Positions 12,616 through 25,770 are shown, numbered from the stretch's first letter. The stretch: 64,000 nucleotides of DNA from Glaucostegus cemiculus (GCA_976551045.1 CDPCPM010000013.1:16802001-16866000), one strand, 5' to 3'. Numbers and translations are program-made. Notes: a model not told the origin generated them from the sequence alone.

Positions 12616-13117
12616 TAGGAAGGATGTGGAGGCATTGGAGAGGGTACAGAGGCAATTTACCAGGATGATGCCTGGATTAAAGGGTATGGAATATGAAGAG
12701 AGGCTTAAGGTGTTAGGGCTTTACTCGTTGGAGAGGAGGAGGATGAGAGGAGACTTGATAGAGGTGTATAAAGTATTGAGAGGAATAGATAGAGTTGACA
12801 GCCAGCGCCTCTTTCCCAGAGCATAGATGCTCAAGACGAGAGGGCATGGCTTTAAGGCATTGGGTGGAAAGTTCAGGGTTGATGTCAGAAGGAGGTTTTT
12901 CACCCAGAGAGTGGTTGGTGCATGGAATACGCTGCCTGGGGTGGTGGTGGAGGCAGATATGTTGGACAGGTTCAAAAGATTGTTGGATAGACATATGGAG
13001 GAATGTGGGATAGAGGGATATGTGGGAGAAGAGAGTTAGATCGTGTGAGGTTTGATGGACGGCACAACATGGTGGGCTGAAGGGCCTGTATTGTGCTGGA
13101 TTGTTCTATGATTCTAT
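12616..13117 (+). mobile_element. Young 5'-truncated CR1 with 8-bp TSD
   Basis: YRKDVEALERVQRQFTRMMPGL...RGDLIEVYK...TRGH.FK...RRRFFTQRVVGAWN.LP; ttctatg-type tail; TSD ggatatta at 12608-12615 and 13118-13125. Confidence 0.95.
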
Positions 13118-13161
13118 GGATATTAATGGGCATACAAGAGGAAATAGAAATGGGATTGATG

Positions 13162-13377
13162 ATATCTAGAAATTGCTGCCAGAGGAGGTGATAGAATCGG
13201 ACACAATCACTATGCTTAAGTAATATTTAGATAGGCACTTAAATAGGCAAGGCATAGAAGGATACAGACCTAATGAGCGCAAATGGAATTAGTGTAAATG
13301 GGCAAGAAAGCTGGCCAAGGCTAAACAAGGAGGACAAAGGGCCTGTTTCAGTGCTGAACAACATTATGACTCTATGA
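13162..13377 (+). mobile_element. Older CR1 3' fragment
   Basis: tgctgccagaggaggtgatagaatc...aagggcctgtttcagtgctg...atgactctatg. Confidence 0.8.
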
Positions 13378-13514
13378 GATTTTCCTAAGAACCACATGAC
13401 TTCATGGGCTAAATGGCCTCCTTCTATGTAAAAAAAAAGGAAATGTATACAAAAATCCACTGCGTGGTTAGATTTAAATCAAAATCAAATTTTAAACAGT
13501 ACATGTTACTAATG

Positions 13515-13715
13515 CTGATAGCAAAGCCACTGGCCTGACAGATCTGGTTCACCATATTGTTCAAGGGAGAAATCTGGCATTCTTATCTGGCTTGGTCTAT
13601 ACATCATTCTACAGACATGGTAATGCAGCTGACTTACCTTCCTCTGGGTACTACTCTGTCAAGTCATCAACCCTAATGACACTACCTTTGTAATTGGATT
13701 TGCCAATGTTCAAAC
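13515..13715 (+). mobile_element. Ancient SINE body relic
   Basis: atctggttcaccatattgttcaagggagaaatctggcattcttatctggcttggtctatac resembles an old shark SINE body as I remember it; heavily diverged. Confidence 0.5.
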
Positions 13716-15129
13716 AACCTACTTAAAAAAAACATATTCTTTCAAAAAGTCCTTAAACTGCTATAAAGGATACCTATGAATTATTGGTCTCCTGTACAAA
13801 CATAAATAAAATTATAAAATCAATGCTGCAAACTAATTGTTAGGCAAGAAATCAAGTTGGGATCTGTACCTGCCCATGTGAAAGTTGAATAACTCTACTC
13901 AAATGTCTATAAACAAACATTAACAAGCCTGTGTGAAACAAAGGGTTGTTCCTAATAAGAACCCTAACATCAGAAATAATAAAAGTTGATTGTTAATCGC
14001 AATTACATTAATGTATATGAGTTAAATCCACATGAGCTGTTTTAACAACAAGAATATCATACCTTGGAGATAACTGTTCTGTGTAGTATAATTTTAAGAT
14101 CAGCCATTATCTTACTGAATAACAGCACAAGTTTGATTGGCAGAATGACCTAATGCTGTTCTTTAGGATATTCTTAATGTTTCATGTACTTCAGCTAATA
14201 GTACTTAGTTCAAGCATTACTGCATTTACTTCCATCACTTAATACTGCTCTGTAAACAAATACCATCAAACTTGGGTTATGTGGGCTGTAGCAATAGTCA
14301 TATTTGCTTGTTTTCATAATTATGCAAATACAGTCAGTTAATATTATTATTTACATTCCAAATTTTGCGTTTTATAGCAGACGTGCTGTTTATAAGATTC
14401 ATCAAATTCACAACTTTCATCAATAAATCACATCCTATTTTGTGCTGATGGAGCCTGGAGAAATTTGCAATTCTAATAATGGGTATGTTCAGTCAAAAGG
14501 ATATGTAGAAGACATGTGGGCGGTTATATTTCAGGTTACAGGTTGATCAAGGTCACAATAGAGTGCGTCCCAAGCAAGGTTTGGCAGCTAATCCTTCCCA
14601 AATATACCAAAATACTGGCAGATAGAAAATGTAGCTGCAGTTGCAGCGGATAGAGCAGAGGTTGAAATGAATGAAATATAGAAAACTGTAAACTGAAAGA
14701 TGCATTGGGAACAAAGCACAGAGAGAAACAGAACAAGACAAAGAATAGAACACAAAGATGGAAAAAGACAAAAAGGCTAAGGCAGTAAGCCAACACATAA
14801 CCAGAGTGGATACACAGAACAGAGGTGAAAACCTTACAGACTTCAAATTTTCTTTCCTTTTGAGTCCATTTGTGTGCAGCTGGGATGTAATCTGTTTGTT
14901 TTCCTCACCATAGCTTGATAAGGAGAGTGATGGGTAGAATTTTACCAGGAATAACCTGAAGTATAAAGCTCATGTTCAACAGAACCCCATGGGCAATGTG
15001 ATGTTCAATGCCCACACATGCAGTATCAATCACATTGCACTCACGTCAAAATAAACACTACTTCATAAAGTCTGCAATAGTCTTAAGAATGATGAAACAC
15101 TTGTGACAATAAAAGTCATTTAGAAGTGA

Positions 15130-15270
15130 TAAGAAAAGGTTAAACTGTCAGACTCAGGCCCATCATCAGAACTGTTTAATGAAGGGGTGACAGCTCAAAG
15201 ACTTACCCTGTCCTTTGTTTTCACAGATACTGATGGATGTGCTACATATCTTCGGTATTTGCAGTATTTC
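15130..15270. mobile_element. Decayed Penelope-related palindromic element
   Basis: ggcccatcatcagaac / ttaatgaagggg inverted core followed by ttcacagatactgatggatgtgct. Confidence 0.5.
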
Positions 15271-15442
15271 CACACTCCCTTCCCCCCTCCCCTGACTGGT
15301 TTACAGATTTTTTCTTTTAATCTAGAGTATTGTTTTTGACACTTTACTGTATGGAGGGTCATAGTCATTTTCAGCTTCAACACTATTGAGTTCTGTGACA
15401 TAGAACTGATTGTCACCAACAGACAACATTGTTTAATGGCCA

Positions 15443-15729
15443 AGCACGGTAGTATAGCCGTTAGCGTAACACTATTACAGTGCCAGCAACCTGGGTTCAA
15501 TTCTGGCCACTGTAAGGAGTTTGTACATTTTCCCCGTGTCTGCGTGGATTTCCTCCGGGTGCTCCTGTTTCCTCCTACATTCTAAAGATGTACAGGTTAA
15601 GAGCTGTGGGATACTATGTTGGCACCAGAAGCCTGGCAACATTTGTGGGCTGCCCCCAGAACACTCTATGCAAAGATGCATTTCACTGCGTGTTTCCATG
15701 TAATGTGACTAATAAAGACATCTTATCTT
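15443..15729 (+). mobile_element. Young V-SINE, long-tail subfamily
   Basis: gcacggtagtatagccgttagcgtaacac...gggttcaattct...tgcatttcactgcgtgtttccatgtaatgtgactaataaagacatcttatc. Confidence 0.92.
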
Positions 15730-17115
15730 GAGTGGGCAATCAGGTATGTGGTAGGAACTTTCACTCAGTACCCCAGACAAATGCATGTAAAGCCCTGCAG
15801 ATATCTGTAAAGTCTCAGCTATATGCATGCTATTTCCTGGAGTGTTGAAGATCATGCAAACCTGGAATATCACACTTAATCAACTCCCACTGAAAAAAAA
15901 AACACAACAGTATCCTTTCTATGTGACAATTCAAGTATTAAGGAGACTGACTCAAAGGAGTTAATTCATTAACAACTCCAGTTCCCAGAACTCATCTTGG
16001 ACAGACAATGCTTTCTGCTTTATCTGCAGGAGAAGATTGATCACCTCTCCATTTTGTGTCAATCAAGCCAAGCACATTCTTTGCTATACAATCCCATCAG
16101 AGAGTTCCCGCTCCTGTGGGTATTTTATCTCATCAAGGTGAAGTGGTGGGAGTGTTGGGGGTGTTACCTGTAGCCGCATCAATTTGACAGCAGTTGGTCC
16201 ACAGATAAAGGGCAAAGAAAAAGTTGGTGTAAATCACCCAGTCTAACATTTCCCATTTATAATCAGTTGTCTAGACTGAATACATACATTGAATATAACT
16301 ACTGTGGATTGTGGTACCACAGACTAGTATCAGCTCCACCTGCCCACGAACAAAAAATTGCCCAGCTAACATTAATCAGGCCATGATGAGACTGACAAGA
16401 ATAATGAAAGATTCACAATGTGGAGAATGATTTCCAGCATTGAGAAATATCAGTGGCGATAATACAGTCCTGTATTTCTCTTAGCCCATACTATATAATG
16501 CAAGGTCTATTAAAAAAAAAGCTCAGCAAGACTAAGGATAGCTAAACAATAACCATCATCAGAAAAAGACTGCAAATTAGCCACCCTCTGTGATATTCCC
16601 TCTGTAAATGTAGTGGGCATGCTTTGGGGAGGCAATTAGGCCAGGACCTATCCAATCCCCTTGGCCTCGTATTGTAAAACAGTAGGACTTGGGAGAAAGG
16701 GAATCGAAAAGTCCACTATTTATAAAAGGGGCTGCAGGGGCAATTCTTTCTGGGATTATGAGGGGCGTAAGAAGGGAAGGAATTTCATAACTTGCAGCAA
16801 CTTCACCAGGTTGAGTATTAAGGTGCACTTGCAAGTGCTGCATATTACAGAGGAATTAAGGGACCAAACCACAATGCAGGCCACATTCTGGTGATGTTAG
16901 TGGCAAAGGACTTGAGCAGAGACATCTCAAATCTAATGCTGTTATATGGACATTCATCACAAGTTTATAGTTCTAAATGTTTCATTTGTTTGTCATTTAA
17001 TTTTATTGTATCATATTTTGACTTTCATTTTAAATGCAAGCATGCAAACAGACAAAGTCGGCTTCACATTGTTTACGGGTTGGAGAAATCTAAGTTTAAA
17101 ATCCATACCATCTCT

Positions 17116-20100
17116 CAGAGTCATGCATCACGGAAACAGGCCTGTTGTCCCAAGTGGTCCACCCGACCAAGATGCCCACCCAAGTTAGTCCCATTTGCCA
17201 GCATTTGGCCAATAACCTTCTAAACCTTTCCAATCCATGTATCTGTGCAACTGTCTTACAAGTTGTTATTGTACCTGCCTCAACCTCTTCCTCTGGCAGC
17301 TGTTTCCACACAGACACCAACCTTTGTATAAAAAAAAAGTTGCCCCTCAAATTTGTCTTAAATCTTTCCCCTCCCACTTTGAACCTATGCACTCTAGTTC
17401 TTGATACCCCAACTCTAGGAAAAACTGAGTGCATTCACCCTATCTATGCCCCTCATGATTTTATACACCTCTATAAGGTCACCTCTCAGTCTCCTATGTT
17501 CCAAGGAATAAAGTCCTAGTCTGTCCAACCTCCCTATAACTCAAGTCCTGGCAACATCCTCACAAATCTTTTCTACACTCTTTCTAGTTTAATAACATCT
17601 TTGCTACAGCAGGGCGAGCAAAACTGAACACAATGCTGCAAATGCTGCCTCACCAGCGTCCTGTACAACTGCAACATGACTTCCCAACTTTAATACTCAG
17701 TGCCCTGACTGATGAAGGCCAGCGTGCCAAAAGCCTTCACCACCCTGTCTACTTGTGACTCCGCTTTCAGTGAACCATGTACTTGTACTCTAAGGTCCCT
17801 CTGTTCTATGACACTCCCCAGTGCCCTGCCGTTCACTGTGAAAGTCCTACCTGGATTTGACTTTCCAAAATGCAACACCTCACATCCAAATTAAACTCCA
17901 TTTGCCATTCCTTGGCCCATTTACTCAACTGATCAATATCCCCCCGTCATTTTTGATAACCTTCTTCATTATCTACTATACCACCTCAGTTTAGTGTCAT
18001 CTGCAACTTTACTAATCATGTCTTGTATATTCTTATCCAAATCATTGATATAGTTGACAAACAACAATGGGCCCAGCCCACCACTAGTTACGGACCTCCA
18101 GTCCGAGAAACAACGTTCCACCATCACTCTCTGCCATCAAGCCAATTGTGCATCCAATTAGCCAGCTCTCCCTGGATTCCATGCCATCTAGCCTCCCAGG
18201 GCAGCCTACCACGTGGAACTTTATCAAAGGCCTTATTTAAGTCCGTATGAACCATGTCTACCACCTTGTCCTTATCCACTTTCTTGGTCACCTCATCAAA
18301 AAACTCAATTGAGCTCACTAAGACATGATCTCCCATGCACAAAGCCATGCTGACTACCCCTAATTAACCCCTGCCTTTCCAGATGTATATAAACCTTATT
18401 CCTCAAAATCCTCTCCCATAATGTACACAGATGTTAGACTTACTGGCCTATAGTTCCCAGGGTTTTCTTTGCTGGCCTTAAATAAAGGCAAAACACTTGC
18501 TAGTCTCAAGTCTACTGGTACCTTACCTGTGGCTAACGATGATGCAAATATCTCATCCAGGGCTCCTGCAATTTCTTCTCTGGCCTCCCACAGTGTTTTT
18601 GGATAAACCTGGTCAGGCCCTGGAGGTATTTGTCTACCTTCATACCCTTTAAGACATCCAGCACCTCCTCTACTGTAAAGCAGACTATCCCTAAGACCTC
18701 CCCATTTACTTTTCCAAGTTCCGAAGTCTTCATGGTAAAGGTTTCCATGGTAAAAACAGAGGAGAAATATTCATTCAGGATCCTGCAACTCCACACAAAG
18801 GTGTCCCCTTTGGTCTCCAAGGGCCCTATTCTCTCTCTAGTTGCTCTTTTTCCCTTAATATACTTATAAAAACTCTTTGGATTTTCCTTAATCTTCTCTG
18901 CCAAAGTTATCTCAGGCCCCCTTTTTGCCCTTCTGATTTCCTCCTTGAGTACACCTCTGCATCCCTTATACTTCTCTCGAGATTCACTTATCCCAGTACC
19001 TGACCCATGCCTCCTTCACTTACCTGGCCAGGACCTCACTATCCCTCATCATCCAAGATTCCCTACTCCTATCAGCCTTACCCTTCACTCTAACAGGAAC
19101 ATGCAGACCTTGAGCTCTCCCTAACTCACTTTTAAAAGGTTCTCACTTGCATGTGGTCCCTTTGCCCACAAACAACCTGCTCCAATCAACTTTTGCAAGC
19201 TCCTGTTTCATACCATTAAAATTTGCCTTGCCCCAATTTAGAACCTGAACCCGTGGACCAGTTCTGTCCCTTTCCATAACTAGTTTATAACTAATAGAAC
19301 TATGGTCACTGGTCCCAAAGTGCTCCTCACTGTCACTTCAGTCACTTGTCCTGCCCTATTACCTCAGAGTAGGTCAAGCTTTGCTCTTTCCTTAGTAGGG
19401 CGCTCTATATATTGCCCAAAAAAACTTTCCTGAAGGCACTTAACAAATTCCACCCCATCTGAGCCTTTAACAGTATGGCAGTCCCAGTCTAAGTTAGGAA
19501 AGTTAAAAATCAACTACTATGACAATCCAATTATTCTTACAACCCTGTACAATCTCCCCGCACATTTGTTCTTTTAATTCCTGTTGACTACTTGGGGCCT
19601 ATAGGAGACAATCCCAACAATGTGATTATCTCTTACTTCTCAGCTCCACCCATAAAGCCTCACTGGATGATCCTTCAGTAACTTCATCTCTGACATTTCC
19701 CTTAATCAAAAAGCAACTCTCACTCCTTTCTTTCCTCTGCCTCTATCCTGCCTAAAGCACCTGTACCCCAGAACAATAAGCTGGCGGGCCTGTCCCTCCC
19801 TTAGCCACGTTTCCATGATGACAATAATCTCCCAGTCCCATGTAACTATCCAAGCCCTAAATTCACTTACCTTAGCTGTCAGACTTCTTCCATTGAAATC
19901 AATGTTATTTAATCCAATAGGCTTTCCTCATCCCTGCCGTTCTCCTGCCTGTCATGCCTATTCAATTTGCTGTCACTGACTTCTGCATCACTTTCCAGCC
20001 TCTCATTTGCCTCCCTGGTGCTTGGGATCCCACCCCCTGCCAATCTAGTTTAAACCCACCCTACTAGCACTAGCAAATCTGCCTGCTGGGATACTGGTCC

Positions 20101-21150
20101 CCTCCAGTTCAGGTGTAACTTCTTGTACGGGTCACCTCTGCCCCAGAAGAGATCCCTTTGCTTCAAAAATCTGAATCCCTGCCCCCTTCACTAATTTTTC
20201 AGCTACACATTTGTTTGCCATATCCTTCTATTCTTACCCTCACTAGCATGGCACTGGAAGTAATCCAGAGATTACTACCCTCGAGGTCCTGCTTTTTAAC
20301 TTCCTCCCTCGCTCCCTATATTCACTCCGCAGGACCTCATCCCTTTCTCTACCTACGTCACCTGTGCCAATGTGCACAATTACTTCTGACTGCCCACCTC
20401 CCGCTTGAGAATGCTCTGTAGCCGCTCTGTGACATCCTGGACCCTGGCACCAGGGAGACAACACATCATTCCAAAGTCTCTTTTGCAGCCACAGAATCTC
20501 CTGTCCACCACCCTAACTATTGAGTCCCCTATCACTTGAGTCCTTTCTGCCTTCACCTTTCCCCACTTAGCCTCAGAGCCTGTCCTGGTGCCACCAAGAC
20601 CTGGCTACTGCTGCCTTCTCCTGAACAGACATCCCTTCCCCCCAACAGTATCCAAAACGGTATACTTGTTTTCGAGGGAATGGCCACAGGGGAATGTTGC
20701 ACTATCTGCCTAGTCCCTTTTCCTTTCCTGGTGGTCACCAAACTGCTTTCTGCCTGTACCTTAGGTGTGACCACCTCATCTATGAAACTCTCAGCATCTC
20801 AGAGGATCCTGAGTGCATCCAGCTCCAACTCTAGCTCCTTCACATGGTCAGTCAGGAGCTGCAGCTGGACACAATTCCCACAGATGATGTCCTCAGGGGC
20901 AGTGGAAGTCTCCCTGATCTTCCGCATCCTGCAGAAGGAGCATGTCGCTGCCCTAACTGCCAACTGAATGCTCTAAAACTTAAAAGGAAATATAAAGAAC
21001 CTTACGAGCACCCTGCTCGCCGAAGCTTCATGAGCCAAAGCCACTCAAATGTTGACCCACTCTTACAATGGCCACTCTGCTACAGCCTGCTTTCCTTTTA
21101 TCGGCTGATGTGTCTCACAATTAGCCAATAAGAAATGCTTTTCCAAAAAA
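17116..21150 (-). mobile_element. Near full-length CR1 LINE (ORF1 zinc finger/coiled coil/esterase; ORF2 endonuclease-RT), inactivated by frameshifts and stops
   Basis: ORF1 remnants CSFCRM...CGNCVQLQLLTDHVKELELEL (about 20820-20950) and VIVHIGTGDVGRERDEVL...SRVVISGLLPVP (20243-20390); ORF2 remnants IKENPKSFYKYIKGKR, DLNKAFDKVP and LHFGKSN; tail near 17116. The 5' boundary is uncertain. Confidence 0.93.
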
Positions 21151-21171
21151 GCTCTAATAGTCAATTTGAAG

Positions 21172-21294
21172 GCCTTTTTCTTCAGCTCCCTGCTGCTGTT
21201 CCACCTCCTGCCTCTCAGGACCTCTGAATGAGCACAGTAATGGCTCCTCTTTAAGCTTCCTGCTGCTGCTCTGTCCCCTACCTCTCAGGACCTC
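21172..21294. repeat. Imperfect ~70-bp tandem duplication next to the CR1 5' end
   Basis: cagctccctgctgctgttccacctcctgcctctcaggacctc recurs as aagcttcctgctgctgctctgtcccctacctctcaggacctc. Confidence 0.65.
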
Positions 21295-22127
21295 AAACTA
21301 CAAACATCCTGTACAATATTGAAGCTTTGAAACAAAAATTCCTGAACTGCCATCTATATCTTTTTTTCCAAGACTTGATTAACTTTATATTAAAATGGAT
21401 ATGCAATGCCATGTCCTTTTTTGTTCTAGTGGATTCCTTTTAACTCCCTGCATATATTTTCACATAATGTCGAGCTCACACACTCCACTATTTTTCATGA
21501 CAGTTGTTATGCTAACGCCCTCTCTGTTGAGAATTACCCTGAGCTACCAAGCTGAACAGTTGTAATTCGTTCCATATGAGGATTGTTTTGAGCAAAAGAG
21601 AAACTATAATTTAGCTGAGTCGATTTTTTGCTGCTTCAACTCAATCGGACAGAATCATAAAAGAACAAAAGCTACTGTTTTATTCTTAAAAGCTCTGTCA
21701 GCTTAGACTTAGTAAGTTGTCAGTCAAGATCAATAAAGCATGAACGTCATAGTCAGACCATTCACTGTATGGCTATATTGGAGCTAGAAGGTCAAGAGAA
21801 GCTTCATCAAATTGTACACAGTTTGAAACAAGACAAGGAGTTCAGCACTTTTTATTCAGTTTCACATCAATAAGAGTTATACAATGCTGTAACAGAGATT
21901 CCACAACAACTTAGAATTGGGTATTGACAAATAATGGCCGATATGCAACTTGTTTCTGCTTATTTTCTAAAGACACTTAAAAGTAGATGGTCATGTAAAC
22001 TTCCACTTAATCAGCTGTGTTTGAATAAACTTAAAATATGTGATATTTATTTCCTAATGACTTGCGTGTAGGAAAAAATACTCAATGTTCTTTGCTAAGA
22101 TTAACTGCATTGAAATTCAAAAAAAAT

Positions 22128-22370
22128 GTTTTTTTTAAATTTTTTTTACAGCGTGGTAACAGGCCCTTGAGTCCGCGCCGCTCATTTTAAACCCCCAAAT
22201 TAACCTACCTGTAGGTCTTTTCAAATGTGGGAGGAAACCGGAGCACCCAGAGGAAACCCATGCAGACATGGGAGAACGTACAAACTCCTTACAGTCAGCG
22301 ACGGGAATCAAACCCCGATCGCTGGCGCTGTAACAGCGTCGCGCTAACTGCTACGCTATCGTGCCGCCCC
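22128..22370 (-). mobile_element. Young V-SINE, short CR1-tail subfamily
   Basis: Antisense head cgctaactgctacgctatcgtgccgccc, V-domain, tail ttacagcgtggtaacaggccctt plus a T-tract; CpG-rich. Confidence 0.92.
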
Positions 22371-22974
22371 AAATATAGAGACTTATAACTTGAGCAACAA
22401 AATATTAATGTGACAATGATACACAAATTCAAATATATAATATGTTCTTTATGTAATTCAGTCTGTCATTTTCTAATTGGCTTAATTTTGTCTTTTGTCC
22501 TTTAGTTGATTAGCAAAAAGATGATTCATTTTGGTGATTTTAATGTGACTTTGTACTGTTGATGACTAATTTTTCCTCATTAAAATATGTTGTTGGAAGT
22601 GTAAAATTGTAGGAAATGATTCACGTACTGTGGGCAGAAGGCTTCTTAAATACAGAAACCAGAGACCCATGCTAGGAGTCACAAGGGGCAGTGGGCACAC
22701 TATGCACACTCTGTTCTGCAGCAAGTGTACAGCAGAGTATTTAAAGGATGCTGAGTGAAGTGACCAGTGTGCCTAAATGATCATTCAGAAAAATAATCAA
22801 AGAAAATTTTAATTTTATATTTACAGAGTCCTTTTTTACATCTGGGTGCGTGGACTATCCAGGTCTCTGCTCACCACTCACCATTTGTTGGGCAATAGTT
22901 AGGGGCAGTACCTCACCATGAACATCCCTTCTGTACACAGTTGCTGTGTATCAATCTCCCGATGACAACATGGA

Positions 22975-23170
22975 GACATAGGAGACTGCAAATGGTGGAA
23001 TCTGGAGCAAGACACAAACTGCTGGAGGTACTCAGTGGGTCAGGCAGCATCGACGGAGGGAAACAGACAGTCAACATTTTGGGTCAAGACCTTTCATCTG
23101 GACTGGTGAGACCCTTCATCCATCCAGATGAGGTGCTGAATTCCTCCAGCATTTTGTGTGTTGCTTCCGA
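22975..23170. mobile_element. Penelope-related palindromic element
   Basis: acacaaactgctggaggtactcag...ggcagcatc...ttttgggtcaagacctttcatctggac and the return arm tgctgaattcctccagcattttgtgtgttgc. Confidence 0.8.
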
Positions 23171-24768
23171 TGACAAGAACATGCTGTGAAAAAAATACAA
23201 AGGATCATGATATTTGAACTCTGAATGAAAAGATTAGGGATGGGGGCACATTTACTTTTTGTTTCTGTCACGCAGTAGATTTAAGTGTTTACCATTGTTA
23301 GTTTTGTGGTGCGGGTGGCATGTTCTTCTGACATTCACATTATTAACATGTGATTATCACCAAATAATTTTTCAATGTGAAATTCTCAGATTTTCGCACA
23401 GGCTTTTATGTGACTCCTGTGAAAATTCACAAGTTTACCATAATGCAATGCACACAGCACAAAAAGATTGTTACTGCAATCTGCACACAATTAACCCTAG
23501 CTATACAGGCACTGAATATTTTGTGCTTCAAGAAACTACTGCATTCCTTGAACAAGAGCATTCAAAGTTTGTGAAATTAACAATATGCATCCCTGAAAGT
23601 ATAATTCATTGCCTGAAAAACAAAAGCAACAGAGAAGTGGATTTAGTACCTAAAGCCCTCTCAATTTGAACAGATCATGCACATCTGATAATGTTATCCA
23701 TTCTTCTACGTATTTATTATGACATAGAAGAATGCATAACATTTTACCCTGCATTATTGCTCCAATTACTGCAGTTTTTAAATAATATAACACCAAAACA
23801 ACATGCACCATATTTCCAAAAATTGTTAACCTGTCATTCAGAATTATAACAAAATGAACAAAAGGCATAATCTACTCAACATTGATAACTAGCTAGAACT
23901 ATTCAGGTAGCAGGCAGTCTGAAGATGAGTTTGTATTTGAGTTGCAATCCAATTTACGAAACATTCAATAAGTATGGGTACTTTAACTCAACAAAGAACC
24001 ATCTAATTATTTTGTGATTATAATCTTGTATCTGCATCTCAAAACAACACATCACTGGAGACAGTTGTTCTGTGAAATTTAACCTAACTATGGTTCTCAA
24101 GAGCTTGCATTTAGTTAACACTGATAACAAAGGCAGCCACTTCTTGTGAAAAGGGAGAATAAATTCATTAGAAGGGAAAAGGATGACTTATAATTACACA
24201 AGTTAGTTCATTGATATCTGTTTAATAAATTCAGGGACATACTCAGGTGATGCTCACTACCTGAATGTTACAAATTTGCTGATGATTTAAATGGTCTGCC
24301 TCAATTTTTCACAATTGATTCACTTCATCTCATAGTTTCCAGTACACTGAGATAACACAGGGATTAAACAACAGCACCCTCTTGCAATCTGGTCCATGTA
24401 CACATGTCTTTCTGTCTTTCATATTTGTATCTTTGACAGTGGAGTCATTTAGTACTAATTGCAGCAAAGATCAGTTCTAATCATTAAGTTGCTTTGCTCC
24501 GCAGTAAGAAGAATGTGTTGAGGAATAGTTATGAGCTGCATCATTTAGCTCAATCAACATAACATATCTTTATAGTAGCAAAGAAATACTGGACTTGTGT
24601 CAGCTTAACTGATACATCAACTGCTCCGCGTTCTCTTCTAGCACACTCAGCAGGACCTGTCCCAGGAAAATCCTGTCTTTTCAAATCCCAAGCACTTCAG
24701 TGTCTGGCCGGCAATTTTGGTGTCTATGCTGTTGTGTTCTCAATTCCTTCCCTGTGGCTTGCTGTTGT

Positions 24769-24858
24769 TCTTTCTCCAACTAAAATTCTCATGGCAGTAA
24801 CTGAAATACTCAGTCTTTCTCCAACTAAAATTCTCATGGCAGTAACTGAAATACTCAG
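24769..24858. repeat. Perfect 45-bp tandem duplication (2 copies)
   Basis: tctttctccaactaaaattctcatggcagtaactgaaatactcag at 24769-24813 and 24814-24858. Confidence 0.97.
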
Positions 24859-25137
24859 TGCGCAGCAGAAACACACACTCACACATTTTCCACCTATGGC
24901 CTTTTCAACTTCCCTCTTTTTAATCAAGTTCATATTTTAAACAATAATGTTTTCATGTCATCTACTTGTATGTGATAACCACTTGTGTGATGTATCCAGA
25001 AAATCCCAGAATTAAAGTGAACTTTTTGCATATCCTTTATACGAGGTAAAAATAAAAACATCTCAAAAAGCAACAAAACATAGATAGGAACATAACTTGT
25101 GCCTGCTCCACCATTCATTATGATGACAGATCATGAC

Positions 25138-25770
25138 AGCAGAGTGGCACAGCTGTTAGAGCCAGGGCCCAGGTTCGGTCCTGAACAGGGCTACTGTCTA
25201 TGTGAGGATTACATGTTCCCCCTGTGACCGCTTGAGTTTCCTCCAACTGCTCTGGTTTCCTCCAACTTCCCAGATCTGTGCACGTTGGTTGGTTTGTCAG
25301 CTACTGTAGGATGGCACGGTAGTGGTTAGCACAATGCTTTACAGCACCAGGGACCCAGGTTCAAATCTGGCCACCGTCTGTAAGGAGTATGTACGTTCTC
25401 CCCGTGTCTGTGTGGGTTTCCTCCAGGTGCTCTGGTTTCCTCCCACATTCCAAAGACGCTCAGGTTGGGAAGTTATGGGCATGCTACGCTGGCGCTGGAA
25501 GCATGGTGACACTTGTGGGCTGCCCCCCAAAATCACCATGCAAAAGATGTATTTCACTGTGTGTTTTGATGTACATGTTACTAATAAAGATCTTATCTCA
25601 TCTTACTGTAGATTGTCCCTCATATGTGGGTGCATGGTGGAACCTGAGGAGAGTTGATGAGAGTGTGGGAAGAATTGAAAGAAATGGATTAATGTAAGGT
25701 TAGTGTAAAAAGGTGGCTGATGGTCAGAATGAACTTGATGGACTAACGGGTCTGTTTCCAAGCTGCAAGG
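25138..25770 (+). mobile_element. Older HE1-like V-SINE interrupted by a younger SINE
   Basis: Head gcagagtggcacagctgttagag and V-domain to about 25309; resumes attgtccct at 25612 and ends in tail ttgatggactaacgggtctgtttcc. Confidence 0.8.
25310..25603 (+). mobile_element. Young V-SINE (long tail) nested in the older V-SINE, with 8-bp TSD
   Basis: ggcacggtagtggttagc...tactaataaagatcttatctcatc; TSD tactgtag at 25302-25309 and 25604-25611. Confidence 0.92.

Larger units (their letters stand above)
12385..13432 (+). mobile_element. Old HE1-like V-SINE split by two CR1 insertions (host pieces about 12385-12615, 13126-13160 and 13376-13432)
   Basis: Head tggtgcagtagatagtgctgct, V-domain ggagtttgcacattctccctgtgact and tail atgggctaaatggcctccttctatg. 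Confidence 0.75.

Noticed and set aside
14536-14900. Hydrophobic minus-strand ORFs, or a Penelope GIY-YIG tail
   Set aside because: The hydrophobicity follows from A/G-rich low-complexity DNA, and the Penelope similarity is too weak to call.
15443-15515. tRNA genes at the SINE heads
   Set aside because: A- and B-box-like motifs run straight into V-SINE bodies, and no complete cloverleaf is evident.
23259-23669. 136-aa plus-strand ORF
   Set aside because: Non-ATG start, no domain, no splice support, and antisense within an intron.
24769-24858. CRISPR-like array
   Set aside because: Only two adjacent units with no spacer, in a vertebrate context.
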